From Octopus sinensis (Eukaryota), in NCBI RefSeq assembly GCF_006345805.1, contig NC_043006.1, positions 78,058,001 through 78,122,000 of the forward strand: a stretch of 64,000 bases of DNA, written 5' to 3'. Of this stretch, positions 53,926 to 64,000 are shown piece after piece (positions within the stretch are counted from its first letter, which is position 1; each line of letters opens with the position of its first letter). The notes under the pieces were generated by a model. That model ran no database searches. It had not been told where the DNA came from and saw only the letters and a program-made list of their open reading frames with translations. The position numbers and the translations under genes were made by a program.

Positions 53926-55048
53926 GGTGGGGAAGTAAAACTTGGAAAATAATAGATAATTTATATAACTGTTTATTTTACAACAGCCAGCAACCTGACG
54001 TAAATATAATTTTAACAAAAGTTTATAGGGTTATAAAGAGACAATTTATTCAATATGTCAGTCTTCATTGTCTACCACATCCTATACACATCACCTGAAG
54101 GCGTCACATCCCTTCATGTTGTCCAACTCTTCCCTCATGACCTGCTTAAGATGATCAAGACTTGTTAATAGAGTGCTCCAGTTTGTCCCATACGGCATAG
54201 TTCAGGGATTTCAAGTCTGGACTGGAAGATAGCCAGAATTTGGTAGGCCAAATGTCAGCGAAGTTGTCTTCGCAAAATTTCTGCACTTTCTTTACCGTAT
54301 GAACAGAGCACCATCTTGGGCCCACACACTATTACCGTTGGGGTAGTTAGACTTCAGCCAAGGCAAAACCTTATAAAGCAGGACTTTATAATAAATCTTA
54401 GCCCCTAGCTTTTCCACAGACTTGAAAAAATGGAGAAGCACGTTTTTTTTTTCGTCAGACACCACGACTCCGAGTATCATGACTTGAGCTGGATGCTTAC
54501 CCCTTCAGAAGGTGACTTAACAATGTATCGCTCGGTCATTGCAATGGTTTAAAACAGCATCTATGGTAAAGATTTTTCCATCTGAAAAGATTTTGACGGT
54601 TTTTCCATTGTGCTTCGGCCCTTTCATGGCATGGGTCAATATGACCCCAAATCTAAATCAGTGTGTACAGCATTTCTGATGGTCATCGGTTCAACTTTCA
54701 TGTCCATGGTCAGTTTTTTCCTGGATGTTGTTGGGTCGTTCTAAATTTTGGCCGTCTCTTGATGCCTCCCACATCCAGCATTCGGTTGTTAACGTTGTAG
54801 ACAGTACTCACAGAGGATCCGCCAGTCTCAGTAATAGGTCTAATTGCAACCCCGGCACGAAACAAATCTACTATGCGTTTGTCTCTTGGCTTCTTAAGTG
54901 GACATGTTAGATAGTATGACTGGAACTTCTGCTTAAATTAACTCTATATACTTCCACCCTGAAATAGAAAACAATATTTTAGCATTTACGTTCAGAAATA
55001 TATTAAAAAGAAGGCTTCGAAAATATCCAAGTTTTACTTCCCACCCTG
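53923..55048 (-). mobile_element. maT-family (DD37D) transposon, defective
   Basis: TA TSD; TIR CAGGGTGGG(G)AAGTAAAACTTGGA; VMILGVVVSD, YKVLPWLKSNYPNGNSVWAQDG, SSPDLKSLNY with 37 residues between 2nd and 3rd catalytic positions (3rd D mutated to N). Confidence 0.88.
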
Positions 55049-55340
55049 TATACAGGTATATATATATGTGTGCGTGTGTGTAGATAGATAGATAGAGAGA
55101 GAGAGTGGGGGAGTGATTGAATTGTGAACTTCGTCTGCCTGACGTGTGCGGTGGCACGCATTTAGTTGGGAGATGGTTTAAATGGAATTCAGTTAAACGA
55201 AACCGTATATTTTTTCACATATAATGAGTTACACGTGCACATAAAAACTATATATGCAGACACACTGCACTTACCAGTACATGTGTGCATGCAGGGTATT
55301 TCTTTATACATTTCTATGTATGTATTTGTAATTTTGTATA

Positions 55341-55481
55341 TTAGGCTGTCCGAAAAGTTCGTAAACACTTGCGAAAATTGAATTTTTACTCGCTAAGTAC
55401 TAACAAGAACAACAAAAAATATTCCTCAAAATAAAAACCATTATTTTCCAAGACTTTTTACGAACTTTTGGGACAACCTTA
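55341..55481. mobile_element. 141-bp mariner-type MITE
   Basis: TA flanks; 24-bp TIR TTAGGCTGTCCGAAAAGTTCGTAA with 3 mismatches. Confidence 0.8.
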
Positions 55482-56164
55482 TATGTATATTTGTGCTTGT
55501 CTGCGCCGGTTGTATGCGTTTAAATATGTGGGTATACTCGTACGATAGGATTTAATGAAAAATATCTCTTCATGGTAACTAACACTGCATCATCCCATCT
55601 ATAATATCATATTACTTAGCTAGATTATACAGAATGGCATGTGCACTATTCCTTAATATATGTATCACATTTAAGCGAGAGTTGTGGAAACCAAGTTTTT
55701 CTGTAAGCTGAAAGACCGGACCTCCATCCATGTACATATTTTGGCTGTCAACACTTAATAGTTCAAGCAGAAAGCCAGCGGTAACGATCTCCCGAATATG
55801 GCGGAGTAAGTAAGGGACAGTGATAAATCCATTGTGTACATAAATAAAGCAATAGAACAAAACGTAAAGAAGAAGAATCCACCGTGATATAACTAAGCAT
55901 TTTACAGATCTTTGATTTCCATTTGCGTTAATAGTCCCGTTTGTGTTATATGTATGCGTGTAGTAGTTAAGTTTGCGTGAAAAATACGCACATAACATTT
56001 AACATATATTTGCATATATGGAGACAGATATAGAAACAAGGATAGTCTTTCTTTGCTGAAATATACGCACGTATATTTCATGTGCGTGCGCGTGCGAAGT
56101 GATATGAATCATAAGATGCTAAACTTATTGGGTAGGATATAGATCACTTTATATATATATATAT

Positions 56165-56335
56165 ATTTTTCTAGTTTCAGCTCAGAGCTGCGGCCATGCT
56201 TATGCACCGCTATTTTGTGCTACACTGTTATTACTTAGACCCTCCTCTAATATGTGGCACTTGGTGAAGAATGGAGTTTGATATAGCTACCCTCATTTGC
56301 ACCTCTTGCCGTGATGTAGGTTCAAGGTCCGCTGT
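56165..56335 (-). mobile_element. CR1-group LINE 3' end
   Basis: EPTSRQEVQMRVAISNSILHQ matches the 41170-41535 element; same 3' UTR hairpin. Confidence 0.8.
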
Positions 56336-56787
56336 TAATTTCACACTGGTGGGTGACCATATATAAAAAAGCTAAAACTTTCTAATAATTACATTCGAAG
56401 TAAGATATTACTATTGTTAATACCATCTATGGCAAATATATTTAATTGATATTAACGTGGCGGATTTTGAAATTTTTGCTCAGTTATTCATACAGAGGAA
56501 GGTTAAGGCCCTCGGGCCAACACTCGAAATCATAGTATATGAGCATCTGAACGGCATAATCTTTATAGGTATGCTATTTAATCCTTTTTATTATTTTGGT
56601 GCCTTCCGGCGGTTGAATTGACACCTTAGCTCTCATTTCTAAATAGGTTGAAGCTCACTGCATCCTTAAGACTTCGTGCTAATTACATATATATATATAT
56701 AGAAGGATAATATCGATAATTAAATATCGATATTATCAAGTAGCCAGCATGGGAATAAATACCATACAAAGGTAATAATTTTTTTAC

Positions 56788-57219
56788 AACTATAAATAAG
56801 GGTATCTGAGAGACACCACCATGCCGAAATAGCAGTCAAATCCCTCTAAAAACCACCTTAAATGTTCATATCGCACCATGAGATAAGACAGAGAGACAAA
56901 ATAAACTAGCAAAAAGATATTACTGAATAATTCAAGATCCTGGATTTCTAGCTTTGCTTCAAATAAGCTCTGTCTTCGTTAGTTGAATGTATCAGATGGG
57001 CCATCTGATATATTCAACTGACGAAGGCAGAGCTTAGAAATCCAGGACCTTGAATTATTCAGTAATATCTTTTTATTTTGTCTCTCTGTCTCTCTGTCTT
57101 ATTTTGTCTCTCTGTCTTATCTCATGGTGCGATATGAACATTTAAGGTGGCTTTTAGAGTCAGGGATTTGACTGCTATTTCGGCATGGTGGTATCTCTCA
57201 GATACCCTTATTTAGAGTT
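56788..57219. mobile_element. ~430-bp fold-back element with a hammerhead-like motif on each strand
   Basis: Palindrome centre at 57000 (ATCAGATGG-G-CCATCTGAT); plus ATTCAA-CTGACGA..GAA-ATCCAGGAC-C-TTGAAT; minus ATTCAA-CTAACGA..GAA-ATCCAGGAT-C-TTGAAT. Confidence 0.75.
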
Positions 57220-57222
57220 ATA

Positions 57223-57253
<31 letters not shown>

Positions 57254-57859
57254 TTCTCATTATTTAGACATATATATATTTACATATATTATATGAAGGA
57301 ATTTGTGTGATTATGTATACACATATAAACATGAATGTATGAGTTTATCGATACGCCAGTTAAAAGCATGATTTATGAAAGAGGTAAATGAACAGATGAA
57401 ATATATATCATAGTAGTTCTAAGTCGTTCTAAATTGTTTGCCAACTCCACTTATCGATTTCTGCCCTGTTGAAGATTTCATAGAAAGAAAATCAATTTGG
57501 CCGAAGATTTTTTATATATTTTTCATACCATGTTTTAAAGAATCCCTTACTCTCCTATTCTTCCGTTGTGTTGCATATAACTGTACTTCTCATTAATGTT
57601 AATTATGCATAAGTGTCTTATATATGTTTGTGTGTGCACATACATACATAAATACATGCATATATATGCATTCATTCATGCATACATACATACATACATA
57701 CATACATACATACATACATCATACATACATACACTGGTTTCCACAACTTTAACAAGTTCAACTATGAACTTTTATGCTTCTTTTCGCTTCTTTCTTTCCA
57801 TCTCCATATTTTTTTAGTCCCTTTCTCTATGTCGCCATCTTATTAATATATACCAATAT

Positions 57860-58013
57860 ATACTCATTCTTCGTAAGCCTAGTAGTTATTGTATCGTTTT
57901 CTTTTGCCGAACCGCTACTTTACGGGGACGTAAACGCACCAACATCGGTTACACCAGCATTGGTTGTCAAGCGATGGTGGAGGGACAGACACAGACACAC
58001 ACACACAAACACG

Positions 58014-58081
<68 letters not shown>

Positions 58082-58115
58082 ACGACGACTTCTTTCAGTT
58101 TCCGCTTACCACATC
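57860..58115 (-). mobile_element. SINE family A, middle part
   Basis: Match to other copies. Confidence 0.75.
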
Positions 58116-58390
58116 CACTATATATCCATGCATATATGCCACAAATTTTACGTTTTGTCCATGCTTATGTATTATAAAAAACTCAGATAGATTTGAGTGT
58201 GAGTACGCTCTCCTATCTCCCACTTTTACATTTTCGCAGTTGTGTATATATAACTGCTTAAGATATTGTCAATTTTCAGAAAATCTAATTCCTATATTTC
58301 TATACCAGAATTGTCTTCTAACCAATATGAAACACACATACTCATAAAGGCAAAACTATATAAACAGGCAAAATGATTATTTTTCGTTCC

Positions 58391-58435
58391 ACAGTCTGAA
58401 GAAATAATCTATTGAAAAAACTTCGTAGTCACTGT
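58391..58435 (+). ncRNA. solitary type I hammerhead-like motif (stem III partly decayed)
   Basis: ACAGT-CTGAAGA-AATA-ATC-TATT-GAA-A-AAACTTCGTAG-T-C-ACTGT; stems I (5 bp) and II (4 bp) perfect, GUC triplet. Confidence 0.6.
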
Positions 58436-58657
58436 CAGTAAAGTTATTAAAAATATATACATATATATATATATATAATATATATATATATATAGGGAGA
58501 GTTTACGAAAAAAAAAAAAAGACGAAGACAGGTGGTGTACAAAACAAACAGATGTATTAGAATAACGCTCAGGAATAGAAAAATCTTATACGTTTCAAGC
58601 CTGCGCTCTTCTACAGAAAGGGACACAGAAAAAGCATATATATATATATATACATAT

Positions 58658-58826
58658 ATATTATTAGTGAATTGAAGAAATGGAGTTGAACGAAGATTGA
58701 ACAGAAATCGTTTTATCACATTCTACACGTGTTTCGAAAGGCACAATTTACCAAATTCCAGAATGCAATAAAACGATTTCTGTTCAATCTTCGTTCAACT
58801 CCATTTCTTCAATTCACTAATAATAT
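58658..58826. repeat. fold-back palindrome, ~67-bp arms (2 mismatches), 35-bp spacer
   Basis: 58658-58724 is the reverse complement of 58760-58826. Confidence 0.9.
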
Positions 58827-58978
58827 TAAAATTCAATTATCCGCACCAACGCACGGTTGCAACACCATAGGGTTGTACCTCCAACCGTGCTGTCTTCTGC
58901 TGTGATTTTTGCTACCAAGGTATCGGTTAAACTTTTGATTAATCTGCAACAAGATTATTCATCTTTCTATTTCACAAA

Positions 58979-59031
<53 letters not shown>

Positions 59032-59076
59032 TTATATATATATATATATATAATATATATAATATATATATATATA

Positions 59077-59137
<61 letters not shown>

Positions 59138-59138
<1 letters not shown>

Positions 59139-59302
59139 TTTATTTAAAGCAGCAGAAAATTCAACAAAATCTGTTACTCTGAGTTTCTCGTTGCCGTTCA
59201 TCAGACAGTTTTGCCGTTCATCAGACAGTTTTTGTCTGATGAACGGCAACGAGAAACTCAGAGTAACAGATTTTGTTGAATTTTCTGCTGCTTTAAATAA
59301 AG
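59138..59302. mobile_element. perfect 70-bp-arm palindrome with identical minimal hammerhead-like motif on each strand
   Basis: Arms 59138-59207 / 59233-59302; TGT-CTGATGA-ACGGCAACGA-GAA-ACTCAGAGT-A-ACA. Confidence 0.8.
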
Positions 59303-59371
59303 CATATTACTCTACCACTGGTATTTGAGTACTCTTTTTTCCACCTTGTTTCACATTTATGTGTTTACTCC

Positions 59372-59407
<36 letters not shown>

Positions 59408-59451
59408 AATTTGTAGATGGTCATGTTGCCAGTTTAGCAAATAGATAAATA

Positions 59452-59493
<42 letters not shown>

Positions 59494-59538
59494 ATACATA
59501 TTACATAAATAGGCAGATAAATTGACAGACAGATAAAT

Positions 59539-59571
<33 letters not shown>

Positions 59572-59960
59572 AAGATAAAGTCTACCATCAGCTGTGTTAT
59601 TGTACGTATAAATTATTTACAACAACTTTCAAATGTATACTTTGGAGATGAAAGACTATAAAAATTGGAAATGTCATCATTTTACTTTGTACAGCGGCAA
59701 TACGTATATGTCATCGTTCAGATATTTATAAATAGAAATTGCTTTGAAATATTTTTTCCCGTTGTTTATGTTCTGATTTCAAATCCCGCTGAAGCTAGCT
59801 TTGTCTTTGATCATTTTGGGTTCAATAATTAGCAGCCAAGTAATTAGGTCGAAAATTTCTGACATCATTCCAAAACCAGAAACCACTACAGTGAACAGTG
59901 TCTTTTTCTCTTGTTATAGATGGCCTGAGTATCTGGAACTGTAAAAGTGCAAAGTTTTCT

Positions 59961-60076
59961 TTACAAGACGCCAGCAGTAGATAGTGCTTGCAAGTCCTCC
60001 TCTCCACAGCAGGGATGATACCCAATAGAAAGGCAATATTTATAAGACTTGTTGCCAAGGTTTTCATAGATATTAC
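59961..60076 (-). CDS. candidate terminal coding exon of an unidentified host gene
   Basis: Pyrimidine-rich acceptor TTTTAACTCTCTGCGATCTGCAG|G, phase 1, reads (G)NIYENLGNKSYKYCLSIGYHPCCGEEDLQALSTAGVL*; non-repetitive; no partner exon found. Confidence 0.3.
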
Positions 60077-60324
60077 CTGCAGATCGCAGAGAGTTAAAAC
60101 ATATGGCGCAAACCATACCATCCGACGCTATAACTATTCTCCTTATCTTCCCTCCCGACTACGACATCTTTATCAACTCAAAATGATAGAAAGGAGAGTT
60201 TTCCTTGACGGGATTCGAACTTCAGGTACAGGATTTGTGAACAAATTTAGCATAGATTTCTACCAAACTCCCTAACGACTCAACTCATTCGCTGCCTTTC
60301 TTAGACGAATATAATGGTAAAACA

Positions 60325-60935
60325 AGGCGGCGAGCTGGCCGAAACGTTAGTACGCCGGTCGAAATGCATAGCCGTATTTCGTCTGCCGTAACGTTCTGAG
60401 TTCAAATTCCGCCGAGGTCGACTTTGCGTTTCATCCGATAAATTAAGTACTAGTTACGCACTAGGATCGATGTAATCACTTAATCCGTTTGTCTGTCCTT
60501 TTTGTCCCCTCTGTGTTTAGCCCCTTGTGGGTAAAAAAAGAAATAGAAATAGGTATTTCGTCTGCCGCTACGTTCTGAGTTCAAATTCCGCCGAGGTCGA
60601 CTTTGCCTTTCATCCTTTCGGGGTCGATAAATTAAGTACCAATTACGCACTGGGGTCGATATAATCGACTTAATCCGTTTGTCTGTTCTTGTTTGCCCTC
60701 TCTGTGTTTAGTCCCTTTTGGGCAATAAAGAAATAAGAATCGTTAGCACGCCGGGAAAATGCTTGGCAGCATTTTATCTGTCTCACATTCTGAGTTCAAA
60801 TTCCGCCGAGTTTGTCTTTGCTTTTCATTCTTTCAGGGTCGATAAAATAAGTACGTGTTGTACTTTTGGGGTCGATGTAATCAACCTATTCCCATACAAA
60901 AATTGTTATCCTGGCGCCAAAATTTGAAACCATTA
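60325..60935 (+). mobile_element. three head-to-tail CORE-type SINEs
   Basis: GGCGGCGAGCTGGC head, CORE block and CCCCTTGTGGG.AATAAAGAAATA tail repeated. Confidence 0.9.
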
Positions 60936-61429
60936 TAGGCACTTCATATACAAGTATAGGATTTCAATATAATTTCTAAGTGACAATGAACAGAAAAGCA
61001 TACTTCCATCAATCTGAGTTTGCAAATTGGTTTTGATCTCTTAACAAGCAATTTTGGTAATCTTTAATCTCGCTAATAGCTTTTGAAAGGGGTATAAATA
61101 TCACAAATATTCATTTTTATAAGTGTAATTATGGATCTTCTGGCAACACCTTAAATTTGCTGATCTTGGGTCTAAATTAAAAACAGTTATGAAAGGATAT
61201 GTTTGTAGTACATCTTTAGATATGAATGAGGTCAGCAATCCAGCGGAGTCCCTGTGCCGTCTCTCGACCTGCTACAGATAAAAGCCATACACTTCCATAC
61301 CATACACTTCTGCTTTTAGTATAGAAAGAGTATATTAAATAGACAGAGATAACTGAAAAATTACAAGTAACTAATTAATAATACATTTTAAACTGTTTTC
61401 ATTAAAAATTTCGAACATCATATGGAACT

Positions 61430-61640
61430 CCAGTTGCGAACCTGTGTTCTCTGCATGCAATCACAACAAACCCCTTTTATCGAAGATGAGGAAGAGACAC
61501 ACTGGATAATGTTACTTAGATTATCTAAAATTACGAGATCGTTACGGTCTGAATACCTTTCCTCATAGGTATGATCTTTCAGATTCCGGAAAAAACATTA
61601 GAAACGCATTGAATCTGCACTCTATCCGAATCCGAACCAC
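61430..61640 (-). pseudogene. old CR1-like LINE fragment
   Basis: RIE..QMRF...RNLKDHTYEER resembles the ESVQRRFTK..GLK.L.YEERL motif. Confidence 0.45.
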
Positions 61641-61829
61641 AAATTTACATTAGCAATCATGCGACATCTAATCTCAGGAGATTTCGACAAAACAGTTTCT
61701 ATCAGTTTTCACATTCATTGTATTTGATCGTTTGTTTCTGTTTATTCTTACATTGTTTCTATTTTTTTTTTTGCGGAGACATTATTACCACAGGACATGA
61801 TATAGAAGATTGCGTAGCTTTTTATCCAG

Positions 61830-61844
61830 AGATTATTATTATTA

Positions 61845-61915
<71 letters not shown>

Positions 61916-61921
61916 TTATTA

Positions 61922-61955
<34 letters not shown>

Positions 61956-62010
61956 CATTATTATTATCATTGGTTGTTGCTTTTATTATTATTATTATTA
62001 TTATTATTAT
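61830..62010. repeat. (TAT)n microsatellite
   Basis: Directly visible. Confidence 0.95.
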
Positions 62011-62190
62011 GATTTATATATTAATAAGGTGTGGGTCGGAGAAAGCAGACAGGGGAAGCAGTTGCGTGACAAACTGAAATATATATCAGTATTATAATGC
62101 TTACATTCTGAATTCTAATCCTAAGAGCATCAAGATAAGGAGTCATTCATAATTGTACATATCATTTTAGTAAATATAGATATGTGTGAT

Positions 62191-62226
<36 letters not shown>

Positions 62227-62339
62227 GTGTGTGATTACGCACGTACGCGCATGTGTGTGTAGTCGGTCAGACCGAAAAAAGCCCAGTGTAATTATTGTTT
62301 TCTTTTTTGAGATGCAATATTTTATGTAATTGTTGGTTA

Positions 62340-62540
62340 TGCTTTGTCACTCACTTGACTGCGTCCATACTGGGGTACCGCCCTGAGGGGTTGTAGTCGA
62401 ACAAATCGAACCGCAGGACTTAATTTTTAAAACCTCGTACAACTTATTTTATCGGTCTCTTTTGCCGAACCACTATGTCACGGGGAAGTAAACACACCAA
62501 CACCGGTTGTCGAGTGGTGGTGTTGGGCAAACACAGACGC
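62340..62540 (-). mobile_element. SINE family A, 3' half
   Basis: Tail match. Confidence 0.75.
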
Positions 62541-62550
62541 AAAGAAACGC

Positions 62551-62630
<80 letters not shown>

Positions 62631-62644
62631 ATATATTATATATA

Positions 62645-63020
62645 CGACAAAACGCCCCCGTCCAATGGACGGTACTGAGGTGTCAAACATTTAAACTAAA
62701 TTTTCTCAAAACAACTTGTCCGATCGTCCCATAGGCCTCCCCTTTGAGAAACGGTGATTTAACCTAAATTTGAGACACCACCAAAGGTAGAAATAAAGAT
62801 AGACTTTTTTTCTATTCCAAAGAAAAACCATTTTCCACGGCTTTATCGATCGCATTCTCACCAGGAATCGATTTTTGTAATTTTTTCAAGACTTATACAC
62901 GCCCTGATACCGTCGGTATCTACATATCAAAGTTGAGCGCAATCAGATGGAGGATGCCCGAGATCCTAGAAGACACACACACACACACATACACACACAC
63001 AGAACGGATTTTATATAAGA
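62645..63020 (-). mobile_element. non-autonomous Helitron-like element (copy 2)
   Basis: 5' TCTTATATAAAATCC; perfect CCGTCC-ATT-GGACGG hairpin near 3' end; homologous to 10135-10520. Confidence 0.72.
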
Positions 63021-63041
63021 TATATATATATATATATATAT

Positions 63042-63088
<47 letters not shown>

Positions 63089-63195
63089 CATAGACAAATA
63101 GATACAAGCATGTATAATGTGAATATATACATATATATGTACATATAATGCACACGCACTTGCGCGCACACTCACAAATATATATATATATACAT

Positions 63196-63241
<46 letters not shown>

Positions 63242-63260
63242 ATATATATATATATATATA

Positions 63261-63799
63261 GGAAGAGAAGAAGTTGAGAATGCAGTGAGAATAGTTAAAA
63301 TTTTTATTGATATATTTAAAGCTCTAACCGGTTCCACAGTTTACACTGATTTTCAAAAGTTGAAATAGAAAAGAATTGAAAGACGTGGCGTATGTCACAG
63401 TTGTCTCGCTTCTCACTGTAGTTTGAAGCTTGCCCTATTTTTATCAGGAGTCCATGGTTCAAATTAGCATATGTTTTGAATAGGATTTGTTTGGTCACTT
63501 GACACTAAGACACAGACGTAGCCAGGAACCGATAGAATTTTCTAAGACCAGTCATGTCACTATCCTTTACCAATCAAATCCTATTCAAAACTTAACTAAT
63601 TTAAGCCATGAACTCCCTATAAAAGTAGGGCAAGCTTCAAATACTAGCCAGAATCAAGACATCCACAACATAAGCCACGTCTTTCTATTTCAACCTTTTG
63701 AAAATCAGTGTAAACTGTGAAACCGGTTAAAGCTTTAAATGTATAAATAAAAAATATTTTAACTATACTCAGTGCATATTCAACTTCTATTTTTCTACC
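63261..63799. mobile_element. fold-back MITE with ~235-bp inverted arms
   Basis: 63261-63496 is an imperfect inverted copy of 63570-63799. Confidence 0.85.
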
Positions 63800-63827
63800 T
63801 GTGTGGAATAAAATAACTTTGTTGTCT

Positions 63828-63878
<51 letters not shown>

Positions 63879-64000
63879 ATATATATATTCGAGCGTTTCA
63901 TCAGAAATACTACTTGATATTGGTCCAGTATTACTTCATACCACAGGTTCCTTGATATTTTCTATCAGCTTCTTGCTGTTTTTTGAACAATAGATTCCCG

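Noticed and set aside
61130-61290. Second candidate exon on minus strand after TTTTATCTGTAG
   Set aside because: Two frames are open, no recognisable homology, and it neighbours an old LINE fragment
63885-63915. CTGATGA on minus strand next to CGCTCGAA
   Set aside because: Truncated by a TA tract; no stem III or cleavage triplet

Overview
AT-rich animal genomic DNA, almost entirely repeat-derived. The SINE families and dense microsatellites point to an octopus/coleoid cephalopod (inference). No complete host gene is supported; there is one weak candidate terminal exon at 59961-60076 (-). Nearly all ORFs in the track are microsatellite translations. The window holds several tRNA-derived SINE families, decayed mariner, maT and Tc1 transposons, MITEs (one with 8-bp TSD and telomeric repeats), Helitrons, CR1-type and R4/Dong-type LINE fragments, a Penelope-like RT fragment and a 100-N gap flanked by a ~1 kb duplication. 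The most notable signal is a family of type I hammerhead ribozyme motifs found by hand folding. Two apparently intact copies lie 461 nt apart in a tandem repeat (16886-17886, retrozyme-like). Three fold-back palindromes each carry a hammerhead-like motif on both strands (36356-36489, 56788-57219, 59138-59302), and several solitary or decayed motifs also occur. No search or folding software was run; all pairings were read by eye.
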